NCBI GenBank assembly: GCA_017453065.1
Contig: JAFTKW010000006.1
Span: 22,173-86,172, forward strand
Source of the DNA: Lachnospiraceae bacterium
GTDB lineage: Bacteria > Bacillota > Clostridia > Lachnospirales > Lachnospiraceae
Direction of reading: 5' to 3'
Length of the DNA stretch: 64,000 nucleotides
The notes beneath the pieces were generated by a model that saw nothing but the letters and a program-made list of their open reading frames with translations, was not told where the DNA came from and did not search any database. The translations under genes and the position numbers were made by a program. Positions 59,005-64,000 of this stretch are shown here, piece by piece. Numbering within the stretch: the stretch's first letter is position 1; the number at the start of each line of letters is the position of its first letter.

Positions 59005-59496
59005 TCAATTTTTACGCTCATACTTCACAAATTGATAAGTCAAGTCAAAATAGTACTGCTCATCGCTGTCTGCTGTGATAACCCACTCCGGATCTTTATC
59101 CAAATTTGGGAAATAGCGGTCTGCTTCGTATGCGTGATCGATTCGAGTTACATGAGCTACGTTACAGTATGGAAGCATCTGCTTGTAAACACTGTCTCCA
59201 CCGATGATGTAGATATCTTCGTCATCGTAGTTCTTCAGAGTTTCCAAAAGTTCTTCGATAGAGTGCACTACGATGGCATCCTTTACCTGATACTTTGGAT
59301 CTGTGGTCAGAATGATATTGGTTCTGTTTTTCAGCGGCTGTCCCTGTGGGAAAGTCTCCAAAGTCTTACGTCCCAGTACCACTACCTTGCCAGTAGTAAG
59401 TTCACGGAACTGTTTCATATCATTGGGAATGCGAACCAAGAGCTGATTCTTGTTTCCAATTGCCCAATTCTCATCTACTGCAACTACTAAATTCAT
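59005..59496 (-). CDS. folA: Dihydrofolate reductase
   Basis: AIGNKNQL, DMKQF, VVLGRKT, PLKNRTNIIL, IIGG, ADRYFP. Confidence 0.95.
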   Translation of the reverse strand: MNLVVAVDENWAIGNKNQLLVRIPNDMKQFRELTTGKVVVLGRKTLETFPQGQPLKNRTNIILTTDPKYQVKDAIVVHSIEELLETLKNYDDEDIYIIGGDSVYKQMLPYCNVAHVTRIDHAYEADRYFPNLDKDPEWVITADSDEQYYFDLTYQFVKYERKN

Positions 59497-59570
59497 GTAT
59501 ATGTCCTCCTCAAAATCGCAAGGCTTAAGCCTGCAAAAATTCTATCCATCCGAATCTATCTGAATCACTC

Positions 59571-60419
59571 TTAGATTGCAATAGGAATATTTTCAATCTG
59601 TGGACCAAACTCATAGCCTTCCAGTTTCACATCGTTTCTGGTGAAATCATTGAAATCCTTGATTTCTGGATTCAACCAGAATTTAGGAGCTGGAAGTGGC
59701 TCTCTGGAAATCAACTCCTTGATGAAAGGAATATGTCTGTCGTAAATATGTGCATCCGCAATCACATGCACCAATTCGCCCACCTGCATATCGCATACCT
59801 GTGCCAGCATATGAACCAACACAGCGTACTGTACCACATTCCAGTTGTTGGCTGCAAGCACATCCTGGGAACGCTGATTTAAGATAGCATTCAAGGTAAG
59901 CTTTGCATCGCCAGGCTTCTGGGTCACGTTGAAAGTCATGCTGTAAGCGCAAGGATAAAGATTCATCTCATGTAAGTCCTGATGCACATAAATATTGGTC
60001 ATGATGCGGCGGCTGAAAGGATTGTTCTTCAGGTCATAGATTACTCTTTCCACCTGATCCATCATACCTTCTTTGTACTGATGTTTTACTCCAAGCTGAT
60101 AGCCATAAGCTTTGCCAATGGAGCCATCTTCATCTGCCCATTCATCCCAGATATGACTGTGAAGATCATTGATATTGTTGGACTTCTGCTGCCAGATCCA
60201 AAGCATTTCATCTGTAGCAGACTTCAGCGCTGTTCTTCGGAGTGTCAAAATAGGAAACTCCTTGGACAAATCATAGCGATTTACCACACCAAACTTTTTG
60301 ATGGTGTATGCGCTGGTGCCATCCTCCCAGTGAGGTCTTACTTTTTCTCCCTCTGTACTAGTTCCATTTTCCAAAATGTCTTTACACATGTCGATAAAGA
60401 CTTGATCTGCGTAACTCAT
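59571..60419 (-). CDS. thyA: Thymidylate synthase
   Basis: IWDEW, SRRIM, LYPC, NQRSQD, DAHIYDRH; adjacent to folA. Confidence 0.95.
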   Translation of the reverse strand: MSYADQVFIDMCKDILENGTSTEGEKVRPHWEDGTSAYTIKKFGVVNRYDLSKEFPILTLRRTALKSATDEMLWIWQQKSNNINDLHSHIWDEWADEDGSIGKAYGYQLGVKHQYKEGMMDQVERVIYDLKNNPFSRRIMTNIYVHQDLHEMNLYPCAYSMTFNVTQKPGDAKLTLNAILNQRSQDVLAANNWNVVQYAVLVHMLAQVCDMQVGELVHVIADAHIYDRHIPFIKELISREPLPAPKFWLNPEIKDFNDFTRNDVKLEGYEFGPQIENIPIAI

Positions 60420-60564
60420 AGTGTACCCTCTCTTAATCTATCATTTACTTTCGCCGGCTAGAAATATCCTACTAAAAATGTGTTTCTAAGTCGTTTCTAA
60501 GTAGTCTCTTACCAGTCTCCAAACTGCCTAATGTTTGCTTCACAAATATTGTCAGCCTAATCTC

Positions 60565-62166
60565 TTACAGATCATATTTATCACATAGAGATATAATCTG
60601 GTCTGCAAACCTAGCCAAATCCTTGTTGGAGCAGCCCTCATTTTTCTTAATAACCGCAAGCAGTCTGTTTCCAGCCGCCAAAAGTCTGGCATAAACGCCA
60701 CTGGCTGGTTTTTCTTTCTTTTTCAATGGAATTGGGATTGCCTCGTATTCCATCTGGCCAGTTGCCAAATTGAACACTGATCCACTGTATGGCGCACATG
60801 CCTTGATACCATGCTCTACCATCAAGCATTCCACAAAACTTGTGCAAACATTGTCCTCGCCATGTACTACAAATACCTTTCGTGGCTTTGGTTCAAAGTA
60901 TTTGGCCCATTCAATCAAGCCGTCCTTGTCAGCGTGACCGCTAAGTCCGTGCATTCTGCGAATCTCTGCCTTTACCTGCACAGGCTCACCGAACAGTTTC
61001 ACCTCTGTTGCGCCTTCCAATATTGCACGTCCCAAGGTTCCAACAGACTGATAACCAACAAACAAAACGGTAGATTCTGGTCTCCACAAATTGTGCTTTA
61101 AATGGTGCCTGATTCGTCCCGCTTCACACATACCAGAAGCAGACAAAATCACCTTAGGAGTCTCATCAAAGTTAATCGCTTTGGACTCGTCACTTGTGAT
61201 AGAAAGCCTTAGTCCTGGGAAACTAAGTGGGTTGATTCCCTCTCGAATCAATTCCATAGCCTCTTCGTCAAAGCATTCCATACGATTTTCTTGGAACACA
61301 GTAGTCGCACTTACCGCCATTGGGCTATCTACATAGACAGGGAAATCTCCATGTCCAACTACCAAATTGTCCTTTTTAATCTTACGGATAAAATACAGCA
61401 TCTCTTGCGTACGACCTACCGCAAAGGAAGGGATAACTACGTTTCCACCTCTGTCAAAGGTAGTCTGGATGATTTCCGTAAGTTCTTTGATATAGTCTGG
61501 TCTTTCCTTGCCGTGAAGTCTGTCGCCATAGGTTGACTCCATAACCACATAGTCCGCTTCCTTGGTTGGAATTGGATTTCGAAGTAGCGGCTGCTCCTTG
61601 TTGCCGATATCTCCAGAAAAGACAATCTTTTTGGAAACACCGCCCTCTTCCAGCCACACTTCAATGCTGGCAGACCCAAGCAAATGGCCAATATCTGTAA
61701 AGCGAATCTTTACTCCGTCGCAAATTTCAATAATCTCATCATAATGACATGGTACGATGCGCTTGATAATACCTTCCGCATCCTCCATAGTATATTCCGG
61801 TTCCACCAAAGGCTTGTTGGAACGTTTTGCCTTGCGGTTCTTCCACTCTGCCTCCATGGTCTGAATATGTGCGCAGTCACGGAGCATGATACCACACAGG
61901 TCTGCAGATGCATCTGTGGTAAATACATGACCTCTAAAACCGCGAGCATACAACTTAGGAAGCATACCCGAATGATCTACATGTGCATGTGTCAAAAAGA
62001 CATAATCTACCAGTGCTTCCGCGATTGGAAGTCCGACGTTTTCAAAAAGATTCACGCCCTGCTCCATACCGCAGTCTATCAGGATATTTTTACCTGCCAC
62101 CTCCAAATAGTGACAACTACCTGTCACCTCATGAGCAGCTCCAACGAATGTAAGTTTCATACGCAA
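60565..62166 (-). CDS. MBL-fold beta-CASP ribonuclease
   Basis: GAAHEVTGS, DCG, THAHVDHSG, GHLLGS, FSGD, ESTYG, PSFAVGRTQE, SGHAD, VHGE. Confidence 0.9.
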   Translation of the reverse strand: MRMKLTFVGAAHEVTGSCHYLEVAGKNILIDCGMEQGVNLFENVGLPIAEALVDYVFLTHAHVDHSGMLPKLYARGFRGHVFTTDASADLCGIMLRDCAHIQTMEAEWKNRKAKRSNKPLVEPEYTMEDAEGIIKRIVPCHYDEIIEICDGVKIRFTDIGHLLGSASIEVWLEEGGVSKKIVFSGDIGNKEQPLLRNPIPTKEADYVVMESTYGDRLHGKERPDYIKELTEIIQTTFDRGGNVVIPSFAVGRTQEMLYFIRKIKKDNLVVGHGDFPVYVDSPMAVSATTVFQENRMECFDEEAMELIREGINPLSFPGLRLSITSDESKAINFDETPKVILSASGMCEAGRIRHHLKHNLWRPESTVLFVGYQSVGTLGRAILEGATEVKLFGEPVQVKAEIRRMHGLSGHADKDGLIEWAKYFEPKPRKVFVVHGEDNVCTSFVECLMVEHGIKACAPYSGSVFNLATGQMEYEAIPIPLKKKEKPASGVYARLLAAGNRLLAVIKKNEGCSNKDLARFADQIISLCDKYDL

Positions 62167-62284
62167 TACCTCCGTGGTAGATTTTTGTTCATGATTCCAT
62201 TTTACACAACATCTTGTGTTCTGACAATGGTTTTGTGGCTAAATGTGGAAGGAAATTACAATACATGACCTCGCCATTATACGC

Positions 62285-62320
62285 AAAAACCTCCTCTTAC
62301 CCACATGATAAAAGGAGGTT
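62285..62320 (-). terminator. Intrinsic terminator
   Basis: AAAAACCTCCT..TTA / TAA..AGGAGGTT hairpin with a minus-strand U-tract after the AraC gene. Confidence 0.65.
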
Positions 62321-62328
62321 CTTCAATA

Positions 62329-63300
62329 TTATCCGTTCTTTCGTACAGGTCTTACATACTTAAAGAATCTAGTGCAGTCATGATAGAAATAAAACACTCT
62401 TCCTTGACTCAAATCCAACTCATAACCTGAGGAGACATAATCAAATTCCTTCATGGCTTTTTCGATTCTTTGCTCTACTGCCACATTCTCTGTCTCAAAG
62501 TCGAATGGGCCGTGCTCAAATACGATATATTCACCTTCTGGGACATCCATGAGCATCATCTGCTCTGGGACTGGACCGTCGTAGTCTGCTGGCAAACGAA
62601 CACCGTAGCTTTCAGCAAGCGGAATTCCCCAGCTACAGATTCGTCCCTCTGGCTCGTTGATATAAGCCATCACCTGACCACTTCCGCTGTTGGCTTCGTT
62701 GCCGCCTTCATCATCCAATTTGCCTTTGATACTATCCAAAAGACCACAAATGGTCTCACAATCCTGTCCTGGAATCAGGCTCTGTTTTTGCCAAAAATCC
62801 CAATAGCCTATACTTTCATAATTTCTAATATGTAAAAACTTATGTGCTGGAATAGTCACAAAATAAGTCTTTACCCCTTCTGCTGATTCATGCATCCCTG
62901 TTCCTCCTATTCCTAACAAATAGCAGTCGAAAGGTCTAAGTATAGTACGAAGCACCACAGGCACTGGTTTTTGACGATACTCACTGGGGCTGATACCGTA
63001 TGCTTCCTTAAAGGCATGGGTAAATGCTTCATGAGAAGAAAAACCGTACTGCATAGCAATATCCAGCAGTCCTTCATCAGTATCCCTCACTTTTTTCAAT
63101 GCAAACGCCAGCCTTCTATAACGTAAATAATCCCGAAACTGCATTCCGGAGATTTCTCTAAACTTTCTAGATACATAGAACTCCGAATAGCCTAGTTTCC
63201 CAGCTAGATGCGTCAAGGTCAATGCCTCGTCATCTTGATTCTTTATGCTTTTGTCAACTTCATCCACGATGAGTTGAATGTTTTTGTACCATTCTATCAT
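62329..63300 (-). CDS. AraC-family regulator (N-terminal HTH, C-terminal GyrI-like effector domain)
   Basis: LAGKLGYSEFYVSRKF, IAMQYGFSSHEAFTHAFK; C-terminal VPEGEYIVFEH. Confidence 0.9.
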   Translation of the reverse strand: MIEWYKNIQLIVDEVDKSIKNQDDEALTLTHLAGKLGYSEFYVSRKFREISGMQFRDYLRYRRLAFALKKVRDTDEGLLDIAMQYGFSSHEAFTHAFKEAYGISPSEYRQKPVPVVLRTILRPFDCYLLGIGGTGMHESAEGVKTYFVTIPAHKFLHIRNYESIGYWDFWQKQSLIPGQDCETICGLLDSIKGKLDDEGGNEANSGSGQVMAYINEPEGRICSWGIPLAESYGVRLPADYDGPVPEQMMLMDVPEGEYIVFEHGPFDFETENVAVEQRIEKAMKEFDYVSSGYELDLSQGRVFYFYHDCTRFFKYVRPVRKNG

Positions 63301-63410
63301 AGGCGCGCCTTCTTTTGACTGTTATAGGAACATTATATGGAACTTGTCCGCCACTAACTTGATTTGGGTTGCACAAATATCGTCCTGTGATTCCAATACC
63401 TTTTTGCTCT

Positions 63411-63860
63411 CTAAATAAACCTCTTCTGAAAGGAATGCTTCTGATCCATAGCAAATCCACAACTGCTATAGAAGTTCAGTGTACTTTCCTTCTGAGAACC
63501 AGTCTCCAAGAAAACCTTGTAGCAATCAAACTCTTTTGCAATCTCCAAGGCCCTATCCAAAAGTGCTGAAGCATAGCCTCTCCTTTGGTAGTCTCCGTGC
63601 GTCACTACATTTTCAATTACACCAAAAGGCTTCACGTTGTGAGTTAATGACGGAATGATTGCTAGTTGCACAGAGGAAACCACCTTACCATCCTCCTCCA
63701 CTACCAAAAGAAACAATGATTCATCGGTAGCACATTCCTCAATCACTTTTCGCCACAAATCCATATCCTGTTCTTCCTTGGGTGGGTACTGCGTCAAAAA
63801 CTGATGATACAACACTCTCAAATCTTCTGCGTCTGCCGCCTTTGCCTGTCTGATTAGCAT
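63411..63860 (-). CDS. GNAT-family N-acetyltransferase
   Basis: IENVVTHGDYQRRGYA acetyl-CoA motif; NFYSSCGF. Confidence 0.9.
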   Translation of the reverse strand: MLIRQAKAADAEDLRVLYHQFLTQYPPKEEQDMDLWRKVIEECATDESLFLLVVEEDGKVVSSVQLAIIPSLTHNVKPFGVIENVVTHGDYQRRGYASALLDRALEIAKEFDCYKVFLETGSQKESTLNFYSSCGFAMDQKHSFQKRFI

Positions 63861-63902
63861 AATTACTCTCCTTGTTTTTCCTTTTCAGTCTTCTTTCCAC
63901 TA

Positions 63903-64000
63903 CTAACAAAGCAGCTCATCGTCTGGTTCTTGTCCTTCATGAGCCAGCCACTTACATTCCGTCATCTCCATATTTGTAAACGTAGCCTTGAATGATGAGT
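63903..64000 (-). CDS. C-terminal fragment of a probable DUF1349-like protein (truncated by window edge)
   Basis: Manual translation ...SSFKATFTNMEMTECKWLAHEGQEPDDELLC*; family from recall only. Confidence 0.5.
   Translation of the reverse strand, partial: SSFKATFTNMEMTECKWLAHEGQEPDDELLC

Noticed and set aside
59571-60419. Inactive ThyA because PCA replaces PCH
   Set aside because: The catalytic Cys, QRS and HIY motifs are retained, and non-His residues at this position occur in Firmicutes ThyA.
60481-60520. Short GTTTCTAAGT duplication between thyA and the beta-CASP gene
   Set aside because: Only two good copies of 10 bp; indistinguishable from local slippage.

Overview
Core-chromosome window from a spore-forming, low-GC Firmicute; gene content and style suggest Lachnospiraceae (inference). 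No rRNA, tRNA, CRISPR array, prophage or transposase was recognised. In order: (1) a ~25 kb xylan-utilisation locus (1-24985). It has an unusual carbohydrate ABC importer (large multidomain binding protein, two permeases, NHL/TPR protein, Yip1 protein, DUF5696-like protein), a MacAB-like exporter with two ATPases and two lipoprotein adaptors, cytoplasmic GH115, SGNH esterase and GH8 Rex-like enzymes, two AraC regulators and a cre-like operator. (2) PAS-GGDEF-EAL, LysR and HAD genes. (3) A dlt-like envelope-aminoacylation operon (30220-36046) led by an Asp/Glu racemase. Its adenylation enzyme has an acidic-substrate pocket signature, its MBOAT ends in a DltX-type FIYNQF tail, and its DltD-like SGNH protein has Cys in place of the Ser nucleophile. 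A purF lacking the N-terminal catalytic Cys follows. This operon is the best candidate for an undescribed system (D-Glu/D-Asp decoration of a surface polymer). (4) An uncharacterised DUF5717 / Hsp70-like / TPR / membrane coiled-coil / transglutaminase cluster. (5) A YtrA-type GntR-ABC operon, sleC, greA, CIRCE-preceded htpG, mgsA, a PrsA-like foldase, sbcDC, ilvE, folA, thyA, a beta-CASP nuclease, AraC and GNAT genes. Two intergenic regions carry structured palindromic elements (48393-48603 and 57231-57807). All family assignments come from motif reading and recall; no database search was run.
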